Made by a program: the position numbers and the translations under genes. Shown piece by piece: positions 15,295-28,881 of a stretch of 64,000 nt of DNA (position 1 is its first letter; each line of letters opens with the position of its first letter). The stretch lies in the NCBI RefSeq assembly GCF_009914755.1, contig NC_060938.1, one strand, 5' to 3'. Origin of the DNA: the human T2T-CHM13v2.0 reference genome, Homo sapiens. Under the pieces are notes generated by a model that was not told the origin of the DNA, did no database searches, and worked only from the letters and a program-made list of their open reading frames with translations.

Positions 15295-15725
15295 TTCTAG
15301 CACTTTCCTACCTCAGCGCCTTTGCACTAGCTGTTTCCTTTTCTTGGAACTCTCTTCTCCTAGATACCTATATACCTAATTCTCTCACCCCCAAGTCTTT
15401 GCTCAAATGTCGCCGTCTTAAGAAAAATGACCCTAACCCTCCATCTCAAATTGCAACTTGCCTTCCCCTCCCCACTCCTGGCAATCCTATTCGCTACCCT
15501 TCTCTGATTTTTCTTTTTCCTATATTGCTTATCTCCTTCTTAAATACTGTATAGTTAACATATGTTTTATGCATCGATTGTCTCCTCTTGCTAGGTGAGC
15601 TCACACACACAGCATGGTAAGCTCCATAAGGGCAGGAATTTCTGACTATTTTGCTCACCAATATAGGCACCTAAAACAGGGCCTGATGAATAGTAGGTAC
15701 TCAATACATATTTGCAAAATAAAGG
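15295..15725 (+). mobile_element. L2 3' fragment
   Basis: cctcagcgcctttgcactagctgtt...tagtaggtactcaatacatattt. Confidence 0.65.
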
Positions 15726-15732
15726 AAAGTGA

Positions 15733-16029
<297 letters not shown>

Positions 16030-16074
16030 ATCTATATATATATCTATATATATATATATCTATATATCTATCTA

Positions 16075-16105
<31 letters not shown>

Positions 16106-18010
16106 ATATATCTATATATCTATCTATATATATATCTATATATATCTATATATATATCTATATATATCTATATATCTATATATATCTATATATATATCTA
16201 TATATATATCTATATATATCTATATATATCTATATATATCTATATATCTATATCTATATATATCTATATCTATATATATCTATATATATCTATATATATC
16301 TATATCTATATATATCTATATATATCTAATCTATCTATATATCTATATATATCTATATATATCTATATATTTATATATATATCTATCTATATATATTTAT
16401 ATATATTTATATATCTATATATTTACATATATATCTATATATATCTATATATTTATATATCTATATATATATCTATATGTATATTTATATATCTATATGT
16501 ATATTTATATATATCTATATGTATATTTATATATATCTATATGTATATTTATATATATCTATATGTATATTTATATATATATCTATATGTATATTTATGT
16601 ATCTATATATATACACATATATATATTCCTCCTGGGAATCAACCTCTTCCTCCTTGGTTCAAATATATATATATTTATATGTTATATATATATTATATAC
16701 ATATATTATATATTATATACATATATTATATATTATATACATATATATTATATATTATATTATATACATATATATTATATATTATATTATATACATATAT
16801 TATATATTATAGACATATATATTATATATTATATATTATAGATATAATATATATTATCTATAATATATAATATATATATTATAGATAATATATATTATAT
16901 CTATAATATATAATATATATATTATATCTATAATATATAATATATATATTATATCTATAATATATAATATATATTATATCTATAATATATTATATATTAT
17001 ATCTATAATATATATATTATATCTATAATATATTATATATATAATATCTATAATATATAATATATATAATATCTATAATATATAATATATATAATATCTA
17101 TAATATATAATATATAATATCTATAATCTATAATATATAATATCTATAATATATTATATATTATATCTATAATATATAATATATTATATCTATAATATAT
17201 AATATATCTATAATATATAATATATCTATAATATATATATCTATAATATATAATATATCTATAATATATATATTATATCTATAATATATATAATATATCT
17301 ATAATATATATAATATATCTATAATATATATATCTATAATATATATAATATATCTATAATATATAATATATCTATAATATATATATTATATCTATAATAT
17401 ATAATATATCTATAATATATATATTATATCTATAATATATAATATATCTATAATATATATATTATATCTATAATATATATCTATAATATATATATTATAT
17501 CTATAATATATAATATATCTATAATATATATATTATATCTATAATATATAATATATCTATAATATATATATTATATCTATAATATATAATATATCTATAA
17601 TATATATATTATATCTATAATATATAATATATCTATAATATATAATATATCTATAATATATATATTATATATATAATATATAATATATTATATATATAAT
17701 ATATAATATATTATATATATAATATATAATATATTATATCTATAATATATTATATGTAATATATATATGTTATATCTATAATATATATTATATCTATAAT
17801 ATATAATATATTATATCTATAATATATAATATATTATATCTATAATATATAATATATTATATCTATAAATATAATATATTATATCTATAATATATAATAT
17901 ATTATATCTATAATATATAATATATATATTATATCTATAATATATATTATATCTATAAATATAATATATATTATATCTATAATATATAATATATATATTA
18001 TATCTATATG
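16030..18010. repeat. ~2-kb compound AT-rich micro/minisatellite
   Basis: Successive blocks: (TCTA)n/(TATATATC)n, a ~22-mer tatatgtatatttatatatatc, tatattatatacata units, then long TCTATAATATATAATATATTATA-type arrays. Confidence 0.97.
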
Positions 18011-18316
18011 TCTTTTTTTTTTTTTTTTTGAGACAGAGTCTTGCTCTGTCACCCAGGCTGGAGTGCAGTGTGGCATGATCTTGGCTCACTGCAGCCTCAA
18101 CCTATAGGCTCAAAACATCCATCTAGTTCACCCTCCCAAGTAACCGGGACTACAGGCATGCACCAGCATGACTGGCTAATTTTGTTTTCATTTTTTCATA
18201 GAGATGTGGTCTCACTATGTTGCCCAGGCCTGTCTTGAACTCCTGGGCTCAAATGATCCTTCTGCCTTGGCCTCCCAAAGTGCTGGGATTACCGGCATGA
18301 GTCACCTCACCTGACC
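18011..18316 (-). mobile_element. AluJ-like
   Basis: Diverged reverse Alu with J-type gcagcctcaacc, tctcactatgttgcccagg and actcctgggctcaa. Confidence 0.88.
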
Positions 18317-19084
18317 AAGGAAAGTAATTTTGAAGTTTAGAATTAAGCATAAATATCAGTATTGTGTGAAAAGACAGGTTAGAAGATTCCCCCAAATTGC
18401 TAACGATACTTCATTTAGCAAGTGACTTAATTTTGTGAGCAACAGACCAGTTGAAATCTATACATCTCAGCTAGGCTTCTCATTATACCTTTTTTTTTTT
18501 TTTTTTTTTTTTTGCATATGGCAGCCCCTCTTTTAAAGTTAGACCAAAAAATCTCAGTAACAAAAGGAATAATACTAAGGATTGTCCTTATTTCCTAAGC
18601 ATAGATAGAACACCAAACAAAAAAACTATTAAATTTAAATCCATGGGTGCACACACACCTTTATCCTGAAGAATTATTAAAGCTTCTTTCATTATATGGG
18701 CTCAGCTTATAGGTAGACCTCATTGGAGGCAGGGAAATCAACCCGAGATAGATATTTCACTACAGATATTTGGATCCTAGGATTCTCTACCAGTTATTTG
18801 GAACTATTTGCAGGTGTTAATAAGTAATTATTCACCAGAAAGTGAGGAGAGAAGGGGTTTGTCCATATAAATGAATAGTCTGGAGAGGTGGGGAGTGAGA
18901 AAGGGAATCTGGAGAAGACATAGTAGGTGGTTTATTTGGTTTCCAAGGCTGTATCTCAGTCATTATCATCCAAATCTCACTCAATTCCCCCACTGCAAAG
19001 GCCACCACAGGGCTCCTGGCCCTGATTACCTATACTTGGCAAGTTGCATATCCCTCTAGACCGCTGTCTCCTACCACCGGGGTT

Positions 19085-20040
19085 ATCTCACTAAACACAA
19101 GTGTCACTTGCTCAGTGCCCAGCCCCTGGGCTCTGCACTGCCTTGCTGGATAATCCTTAAACTCTGTAGCCTGGCATTTGAGACCATGTGAATTCCACCT
19201 GGTCACAGCCCTGTTGCCACCATTCCTCTCACCCTCCACTCCGGGCATACAAAGCCCTTCACAGTCTCACACTCACTTGACCAGCTTTTCTAGCCCTGTC
19301 TTCCACTCTCCAATTCAAATTCTAAGCTCCACTAATATAAACTACCCAACACTTCTTCAACACTGGATCCTTCCAACCTCCACATCCACACCTCTGCCCT
19401 TCAATCTCAAGCCATTAAACATAAGGAGCTTTAAATGTCACCATCTCCATGATGAATTTGCTGACTGTCTTAGTCCATTTAGGCGGTTGCAACAAAAAGA
19501 CTATAAACTATGTAGATTATAGACGACAGAAATTTACTCTGGAGGCTGGGAGGTTCAAGATCAAGGTGCCAGTGGATTTAGTGTCTGGTGAGGGCCCACT
19601 TCCTACATAGCCATCTTTTTGCTGTAATTTCACATGGTAGAAAGGGTGAGGGATTCTCTCTGGGGCCACTTTTATAAGGTCACTAATTCCATTCATGAGA
19701 GCTCTGCCCTTGTAGCTTAATCACCTCCCAAAGGCCCGACTCCAGATATCATTGCCTTGGGGGTTAGCATTTTAGCATATGAATTTTGGGGCGGGGGTGG
19801 TGCACAAACATTCAGATCACAACACTGACCAATGCCTGCAGGACCTGATCCCATCCTATTGTCTCCCTCTTCATTCTCATAGCACTTAATTTATACTGCT
19901 CATGTAGCATGTATGACATACAGCTTATATATGTACATGTTACCTTCTTCTAACCTGTCAGCTCCTGGATTTTGATGCTTATGTCTGGCACACTATATTG
20001 CACATAGTAAGCATCCAATTCAAAATAAATATAAATAAAT
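19085..20040 (+). mobile_element. Degenerate L2 fragment interrupted by an MLT1A LTR
   Basis: aaactctgtagcctggcatttgag before the LTR; cacatagtaagcatccaat after it. Confidence 0.45.
19466..19824 (-). mobile_element. MLT1A-family solo LTR
   Basis: tgtcttagtccattt...caaacattcagatcacaaca; perfect 5-bp TSD ctgac at 19461-19465 and 19825-19829. Confidence 0.88.
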
Positions 20041-21784
20041 GGACTCTTCAATCCATTAACGAGTGGTCTTATTCTGTGCAGCTACTGAGAACAAGCTATG
20101 ACTAATTAATGCAAATTACAAAGAGGACATTTTAAATCTGTCATGCAAAAAACAGTCTAAAATGTGAGTTATCCAACAATGAAATACAGCAAGAGTATTC
20201 TCAGAACAAGAGTATTCTGATCATGGTAGACACAGGCAGAGAGAGACCCAGTGTTTGTCTAGACAGAAACCAGTACTTTGTAGAAAGTTGGATGAGACAA
20301 CTGCAGAATTCCCTTCCAACTTTCCATGATTTTTATACTAATTGGCTACCACTGTAGTTTGACACAACTTCCTTTTTACTTATTGCTTTCCTGTGTAACA
20401 GAATCAATATAATTTCCCCCAAGGTGATGCCTCTGAGAACAGGGGCTTCTCAGATGTACAGTAATAATTGAGGGAACAGAATCTAAATGACATCTATATT
20501 ATTCTAAAAATAAAATATTATTAGAGAGGCTATAAATAGAATCAACAATTGGGAAGAAGTCCCATTCCTACCCTACTGGCTCTGTCTTGCTCAGAAAACC
20601 CAGTATGAAATTGGAAGGACCCCTTTACCACACTCTAAAAATACTGCCAGCTAGAGGAAGAGAAGAGGAACAAAGTTATTTGTGTAAATCACACATTTTA
20701 TTTTTAAAACTTTTTTCACACATTTTAGATGGGATCGTATTAGAATCATCATAAAAACAAAGAATAATTCAAATACTTTGAATGTAGTTATGTCCCATTT
20801 TAAAAAATTGAGCTAAATACCCTAAAAAATCCTCAAGGTTCTAACTTATTGAATTTAAAAATATACATGCATGATATGGTGCCTATCAGTTAGAACTCTT
20901 GTAAACAGAAAGTCCTCCTAGACAGTAAATTATGTTGGAGCAGAGTCCTGTGGGGATTGTTGGAACTGAGAAGCAGAACTGAGCCTGAAGGCCCAGGAAA
21001 GCCAATTAATTCTTGTCAGCACTTCCTGCAGAGCTGGCAGATGTGGGACCTGAGAGAGCACAAGCCATTTGCCCCAGGTAGGAACTCACATTGCCATATT
21101 GTTAAATACAAATCCACTAAATTAAAGTGCCTTGTTCTAGACTAGACATTGCCACATAACCAAGGATTCTGTGGAATATCTGATTTCCTCAGATATTTCT
21201 CCACAGCTGTTTCCTGGACCATCTAGAGGTCTAATTCATGCAGAGGCAAATGTACCTTGAGAGTCGCTGTGTTAACCTACAGATGCCCTCTTGGGAGGTG
21301 GCTGTTCTGGGAAGACACAGCAAATTCAGTTACCTGGATGCATTTAAAATGGCATTGATTTTCAAAATTTCAATTTGTAATAACTTCAAAAAAGTACTTA
21401 TAATAAAAACTGAAGGATTCACAGGCCACTATTTCTAGTCAAAACCTAAGTAGGAGAAGGATGAAAAGAAGCTGAAACTATTGCCATTAAATCCCAATAT
21501 GTGTTGATAAAAGTGAAGCTTTTTAATCTACTGATTAAAAGAGGTCAGAAACACTCATCATGAGGCAGACAAATTCAGTAATCTCATAAAGGGTAGGTGT
21601 TTTATTTTATTTTAAAAATTCTCTGGCAACACTAAGGGATAGGATGACAACGATGACTTGCTGAAGATGATTCTACTTTTCTCAAGGAAAAGCTTTAATC
21701 CTAAAATTCTATTAATAGTTCTTAACGCTGACTCATCCTCACAGAATGGAGTTCATTCAATTGGTGATCCATAGCTTAGGCAGT

Positions 21785-21975
21785 TTGTATTCTGGCTCTA
21801 CCACTAACTGGCAGTTGTGAGATGTTGGGTAAGTTAGCCTCTTAGAGCCTCGGTTAATCCATCTTTAAGATAAGGCAATAATAACCCCCACCTTACTGGG
21901 CTGCTAGGAGGACTAAATGAGATAATGCCCTTAGATCTTTGCCTGATACATCGAACACACTCAATAAATGAGAGC
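21785..21975 (+). mobile_element. MIR
   Basis: ctggctctaccactaact...ggactaaatgagataat...ctcaataaatg. Confidence 0.75.
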
Positions 21976-23689
21976 TGTTGATTTTCTTATTATCTTTATT
22001 TTTCAGGGAGAACACTACTCATCTCCAACTTATTACCATCTGTTCGTTAGTTTCTTCCTTTATCTCTAATGACATCCTCTCATGGTAGAGTGGGCCAGAA
22101 GGAGTTTCATGTATCCAGCCCACACCCATGCTCTCTGGGGTCCACCTTAGATGCTAAGTCCCCAGAGTCCAAGGCCATGCTGTCTTCACAGCTCCACGAG
22201 CAGGTGGCGGTTCATTACGTACTTTAAATGGACATAGATCCTGTCATGAACGTGATGATGCCTGACTTGAGCACAAAAAGCTGAAATTTACCAAAACTAC
22301 AGGCAGAAAAGGAATGAGAGGGTTAAGTGCCTACAGATGCCTTCTTCCTGTGGACGGAGCCTATTCTGACTCGCTAGGGTTGAGATAAGGGGCTTATGGC
22401 TTAAGGTGGTACTTCCACAACTCTATAAAGCTCCTCTTACTGCACTGAAATGGAGACATAGAAAATGCCAGAAAGAAAAAAAACAACAAATTATACAAAA
22501 AGGTTTTCTGAGAACAGAGATAGAAATGCTCCATTAGACAAACATCTGGCTTACCCTTCTCCCTGGAATTAGAGAAACAAAAATGCCAATTATTGTTTGA
22601 ATAGAGCCAATATTAACAGGTATAGGGGACATTAGTCCTATTAAATTGAGAATTTTTTTTTAAAAAGTGTGGGCATAATAAAAAACTGTAATGACAGTGC
22701 AGAGAGAGGTGCATATTAAAATTCAAGAATTAAAAGCCAGAATCAATGACCAAAAGTAAATCTGCATTCACCTTTCCCAGAATCCCCTGCCCTGAGGCTG
22801 CCCATGTGATGGATAGCAGCAGCCTGCACAGAGGTTAGGCTGGGAGGCTTTTTCCTGAACACTCCTACTCATCTTTTCTAAGTGCTATGAAATCAGCAGG
22901 CCCACAGTCTGGAGGCTGTGACACATTTGACAACAGAGTCCTCCATGAGGGATGAATATGCCAGAGAGACTCTAGGAACCTCTATGTCACCTAGAAAACA
23001 TTCTCCTTCTCAAATTAAGTGGACTGTGATTTAACATGACAAATGGGTACTGAGAAATCCAGGTACACCCATTTTTAATCAGTTTTATCTGTATGGTTAG
23101 TTAAGAGAGTTAAAAATAAAAAGAGCCTGCATTCTCTAGCAAAAGACTAAGTCAAAGCTGATGAACATGTTTGGGGGTTTAAGAATATGAGTAACTACTC
23201 TTTCCCCAACTCACTGCCTTATTTAAAGCTTGTCTGCCAGAATAATAGATTTCGCTTTTGGTTTTGCAAAATTAATGTTTAATAAAAATGATTCAGCAAT
23301 TTGTTCTTTTCTCTATGAAGAGCCAAGATTCCCCTTGCCTAGGATGTTTTCACTTTAGCAAGAAATTCTCTTAAAGGAAAAATAATTGCTTTAGCAGACA
23401 GACTAGGGCCTAAATGTTTTTCAGAGTCCTCAGTAGTGCCTTGGAAAGCATAAAGTTGCAGAGCACTAAGATGAAATGATGGTGAAAGTTCTGATGAGCT
23501 TGGAATCATGTTTTGGATTTTGTTTGTTTTTGCCCACTGTTTAAAGATGGAAATGTGATTCTGTGGTCTTCTTTGAGAAACAATCTTTTTTAGGGAAATG
23601 GTGGAGGTGAATACATAATTTACTTAGATCTTAAGAAAAGGTGCCAAAAATCCTATATAGACATTCCTTTGCTGTTTTGAAGAATAGGT

Positions 23690-23790
23690 TTAGTGATATG
23701 TAATTCATATAGCATAAAATTCACTCTTTTAAAGTGTACAATTCAGAAGTGTTTGTATACTAATAGTTATTCAACCACCACCACTATCTT
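23690..23790 (-). mobile_element. Old L1M 3'-end fragment
   Basis: gatatgtaattcatatagcataaaattcactcttttaaagtgtacaattc. Confidence 0.6.
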
Positions 23791-24131
23791 CTAATTCACC
23801 CAACTGATTTAAATGTATTCTACTCCCAATGTTTCCAATCAGAGAGGGCTCTAAATTTCCTTTACTATGTAAATAATTACCTTTGGAATAAAAACAAGGG
23901 CTATCCCCAAACATCTTTCTATTTATCATTTACTGATAGAATTTTGCTCTCTGATTTCCAAAGAGAAAAATAATTGTTCTTGGTCAGATTCCCTCAATGC
24001 TATGTATAACATGGATAATAGCAAAAAAATGTGTACTATAAATTTGTTTGCACTTTAATAGCTCTTTTGCTCCCCACCCCCCACACAGAATTATCTTTTG
24101 CTCCCCACCCCCGACACAGTCTCCATAATTC

Positions 24132-24288
24132 TTTTTTTTGTTTTTTTTTTTTTTGTCTCTGTTGCCCAGGCTGGAGTGCAGTGGTACCATCATGACTCCT
24201 GCAGCCTTGACCTCCTGGGTTCAAGCGATTCTCCTGCCTCAGTCTCCCAGGTACCTGGGACTACAGGCATGAGCCACTGCATCTAGCT
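24132..24288 (-). mobile_element. Free right Alu monomer (FRAM-like)
   Basis: Single monomer: poly(T), gttgcccaggctggagtgcagtgg...caggcatgagccactgcatctagc. Confidence 0.8.
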
Positions 24289-24402
24289 CTTTGTTTACAA
24301 AAAAATACTTTATTCTTATTATTTTTTGAGCAGATTTAAGTTCACAGCAAAATTGCAAGGAAGGCACAGAGATTTCCCATATGCCCCTGCCTCCACACAT
24401 GC

Positions 24403-25147
24403 TGCTGTGGTCTGAATGTCTGTGTTCCCCTAAAATTCCTGTGTTAATATCCTAACCCCAAAGATGATAGTATTAGGAGATGGGACCTTTGGGAGGTGAG
24501 GAGATCATGAGGGAGGAGGCTGATATAGTTTGGCTGTGCCCCCACCCAAATCTCATCTTGAATTGTAGCTCCCATGATTCCCACATATTTGGGAGGGATC
24601 TGGTAGGAGATAATTGAAATATGTGGGCAGTTTCCCCCATACTGTTCTCATGGTAGTGAATACGTTTCATGAGATCTGATGGTTTTATAATGGGAAACCC
24701 CTTTTGCTTGGTTCTCATTCTCTCTTTGCTGGCTGCCACCATGTAAGACATCCTTTTGCTCTTCCTTCGTCTTCCGCCATGATTGTGAGGCCTTCCCAGC
24801 CATTTGGAACTGTGAGTCAATTAAACCTCTTTCCTTTATAAATTATCCAGTCTTGGGTATGTCTTTATTAGCAGTGTGAAAATGAACTAATACAGAGCCC
24901 TCATAAATGGGATTAGTGCCCTTGTAAAAGAGAGCCAAGGGAGCGCCTTTGTTTCTTCCACTACTTGAGGACGCAGAGAGGAGATGCCATCTATGAACCA
25001 GAAAATGGGCCCTCACCTGACACTGAATCTACCAGTGCCTTGATCTTGGACTTTCTAGACTCCAGAACTGTAAGAGATAAATGTTTGCTGCTTATAAGCC
25101 ACCTAGTTTATGGTGTTTTGTTACAGCAGCCCAAACTGACCAAGACA
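24403..25147 (+). mobile_element. MLT1A-family solo LTR, split by THE1
   Basis: tgctgtggtctgaatgtc...gatcatgaggg, resuming gagccctcataaatgggattagtgccc...ccaaactgaccaagaca. Confidence 0.85.
24521..24894 (+). mobile_element. THE1-family solo LTR
   Basis: tgatatagtttggctgtgcccccacccaaatctcatcttgaattg...gaactaataca; TSD gaggc/gagcc. Confidence 0.9.
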
Positions 25148-26597
25148 CATAGTATATTTGTTACAACTGATGAATCTACAACAACATGTCATCACCCAAA
25201 GTCTGTAGTTTACATTAAAGTTTACTCTTGGTGGTGTACATTCTCTGGGTTTGAACAAAAGTATAATGACATATATACACCATAACAGTATTATATAGAA
25301 TATTTTCACTTCTTCCAGATTCCTGTGTTCTGCCTATTCATCCTTTCCTCCTTCCTAACCCCAGTAACCACCGATCCTTTTACGGTCTACACAGTTTTGC
25401 CTAGTTCAAAATGTCATATATTTGGAATCACCCATAATTCTTTTTATAGCTTTCTTTCCATTCCATGGTTACCTCCCTAGACAGACACTTACCACCTTCT
25501 CTCAGGAGTACTGTGCTTGTTTCCTAAGTGTTCTCCAGCTTCCAGCCTCACCTCTTCTCACTCTGCACTACTCTGCACATGGCTGACATATTCATCTCCC
25601 CAAAGCAGCACTATTACCATGTCACTTCTCTATTTCAAAGCCTTCTGTGACCATCTTTGCCCATCCCTTGGCTTAGAATTCAGGATCCTCTTCAGCAGGG
25701 TCCCAGCCTGCCTTTAGGGTTTTATTTCTGAGACTGCACAAAAAACACACCTGCTCAAGCCCACAAACATACCATAAGATTTTCTACTTCTGTGCCTCTG
25801 CTCAAGCCCTTCTCCTCAATTGAAAGGCTCCTTCACTCTTCCCAAATCCAAATAACATCTCTGGTGAAGTCTGGCCTCCTCTAGGAAGTTTCTTCCTGTT
25901 ACCCCACTCCTCAATGTTTTCTCCATCTCCACCCCAAGGGTCATGACCATTCATTTGGGACTCACTGGCTTTCCTGCCTTTGTTGTCAGTTGTCTTTTTC
26001 TATATACTTGTTAAGAAACATTTCATATACATCTTCATATCTTTGCACAGTCTGTGCAAAGCAATTACTGATTGGATTATTACCTCCATGTTGCCATCTG
26101 ATTGAGTCACATTCAAGAGCCTTTGGAATAAGCTTTACCATCAATCATGTGTTAATTCAATGAAAAAAAATTTCTGAATGCTTACTATGTGCAAAGCACC
26201 AAAATGAAGGACATTCTCATATGTACATAGGCTTAGTAACCTAGTGTGCCCCCAAAGTCTACTACAAAATCATTGTTTGTAAATGGAAGTTCAGGTGCCC
26301 TTGGATGCAGTAGAAGTGATGCTGGGTGGGTTGCAGTATCTGCTGATGGATAATAATGGGAGCAGACAGGTCCCATATGGCACATCATATATCCTGATTC
26401 ATCTTTTTGGTCAGGCATGGCATTGTCAGAAAAAAACAAAGAAGAAGGATTGGAAGAGTTTCTTCAGGTCATCTAATGCAAGGCCTTCCCAATCTTAGGA
26501 TCTTATCCACAAGACTCAGAAGTGTCCATCTTCCAACCTTATTTTAAACATTTCCATTAATGTGATCTCATTGCTTGCTCTGCACACTTAGTAAATG

Positions 26598-26820
26598 TTG
26601 TAGTTAACAGCCTGGGTCCTGGGTTCAAATGCATGGCTTGGAATACCGACTCCCCCATTTACAAGCTGTGTGACCCTGGACCGATTACCTAATATCTTTG
26701 TGCTTCTGTCTCATCTGTTTATAATAATAGCCATTTCAAAGAATTATTCTGAAGACTAAATGAGATAGTAGAATCAAAGCACTGAAAGTCATACATGACA
26801 CTTATTAAGGGCTCATTATT
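26598..26820 (+). mobile_element. MIR
   Basis: acaagctgtgtgaccctgga...gaagactaaatgagata. Confidence 0.7.
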
Positions 26821-26939
26821 ATTTTTAAAATTGAACCCCCAAATATCTCACTGTTGCTTCCAGGCTTTAGTCCCAGTTTTGTCTTCATCTATTAGTGAAA
26901 ACAGACACCTCAACAAATAATTAGAAAACAATACAGCAC

Positions 26940-27830
26940 ATAAGGGGAAGTCCCCCTAATATATAAAGAGTTCCTAGAAATCAGGAATAAAAAGACTATT
27001 GCTTCATTAAAAAAAAAAACAGAGAATATAAACAAACACTTTGCATGGAAAAAGATGTATGACCCTGGAACATAAAAATGCAAATTGAAAAATCCCTGAA
27101 ATGACATTTCTTCCTTATCAGTTTGAAAAAAATTCAAAAGAGTTTGGCAACACAGTCTTTAGTGAGGCTGGAGGGCAACAGGCATTCTCACACTAGGAGG
27201 AGGCTGGGAGGAGTACAATACGCCATAACCCCAATGGGAGGCAATTTGGGAATTCCTATCCAGATTACAAATGTATTTGCTCTTGGAACCAGCAACCTTC
27301 TTACAGGAATTAGCCCATAGACACACTTGCACATGTACAAAATGAATACATAAAAGGTCATACGTTATAGCATAAGTTGAAAAAAAATTGGAATCAAATA
27401 TCCATCAACAAAGCCTAGCTAAACAATGTATTGCTATACATAGAATACTATGTAGCTGTACAAGAGTGAAGACAATCTCCATTATTGAAGATTTCCAGAT
27501 AAATATTAAGTGAAAAAGTAAGTTGCAGAATATGTGTGTATAGACTTATAGTTATAGATATCTAGATGCAGATATATAGAATACTAACTCTCATGTAAGA
27601 AAAAGAGGAATAAGAATATATGTTTGTATTGTTCATATCTGCATAAAGAAAACACTGAGAGAGTATACAAGAAACCAATTCTTAACCATGGAGGGTGGGA
27701 TAGGAGACCAGAAGTGGAAGGGAGATTTTTTCACTGTGTACACTTCTTTTTAAAAATTATTTTCCTTTTTCAACCAAATGAATGTATTACTCTTTAAAAC
27801 TTTAATTTCATTTAAAAACAAAGAAAAAGA
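26940..27830 (+). mobile_element. Old L1ME-type 3' fragment
   Basis: ctaatatataaagagttcctagaaatc, ggcaacaggcattctcacact, aatatccatcaac, agaatactatgtagctg. Confidence 0.6.
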
Positions 27831-28520
27831 AAACAATTTAGGATGATAGTAAGAGTGTTGCACAAACTATGATGGGAACCCCCAGCCCAGCTTCCTTCTT
27901 CCACATGACAGACTTTCAAACATTTGAAGACAGCTATGGCCTCTCTTAGGTTCTCATCTTTCAGGTTAGAACCTTCTTCATCCTCTTCTTCACGTTTTGT
28001 TTTCCCTGCACTGTGAGCTCATAGGAAACATGGACTGCACAACGTGCTTCACTTTTCTCTGGCGCTAAGCACATCCCTGGCACCTAGATTTTTGTTTGGT
28101 AAGTACTTATGGAACACATCAATGAATATGTTTCCAGACTCATCGTGCTAGTTCCAACCAGAGAATACACTGTAGTTCATCCTGGTCCCTCTAAAATCTG
28201 ACCTGGACCTAATGATACAAAATGAGTCAGAGGGACAATAATGATACAGAGGGGCAGTGAGACTATTTCCCCTCCTAGTTCTGAGTCCCTTGACTTACAT
28301 TTCCTATTTTTATTCACAGATTTTTATAGCCGCTGCCCACACTATTAGCTATGTTGCATTTGTGGCCAACTAAAACATGCCGGTACATAAGTTGTCAGTT
28401 TTTTTAAACATCTGCATCATTTCAAAATACAGTCTTAGCCTCTGCACTGGGTGTATCTCATAAATTTGAAAGACATTAAAGTCAGAAGCAAAGAATTTTC
28501 ATGCTAATTGTCTTAGACCC

Positions 28521-28881
28521 TGATATGGTTTGGCTGTGTCCCCACCCAAATCTCACCTTGAATTGTAACAATCCCCACGTGTCAAGGGCAGGGCCAGGTG
28601 GAGATAATTAAATCATGGGGGCGGTTTCCCCCGTACAGTTCTCGTGGTAATGAATAAGTCTCATGAGATCTGATGGTTTTATAAGGGGCTTTCCCCATTT
28701 TGCTCAGTCCTTCTCTTGCCTGCTACCATGTAAGATGTGACTTTGCTCCTCATTTGCCTTCTGCTATGATTGTGAGGCCTCTCCAGCCACGTGGAACTGT
28801 GAATCAATTAAATCTCTTTCCTTTATAAATTATCCAGTCTCAGGTATGTCCTTATTAGCAGCCAGAGAACAGACTAATACA
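28521..28881 (+). mobile_element. THE1-family solo LTR
   Basis: tgatatggtttggctgtgtccccacccaaatctcaccttgaattg...agactaataca. Confidence 0.92.

Larger units (their letters stand above)
24310..25430 (-). mobile_element. L1MC-type 3' end, split by nested LTRs (pieces 24310-24402 and 25148-25430)
   Basis: ttttgagcagatttaagttcacagcaaaattg...cacacatgc continues as tatatttgttacaactgatgaatctaca...atgtcatatatttggaatca. Confidence 0.8.
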
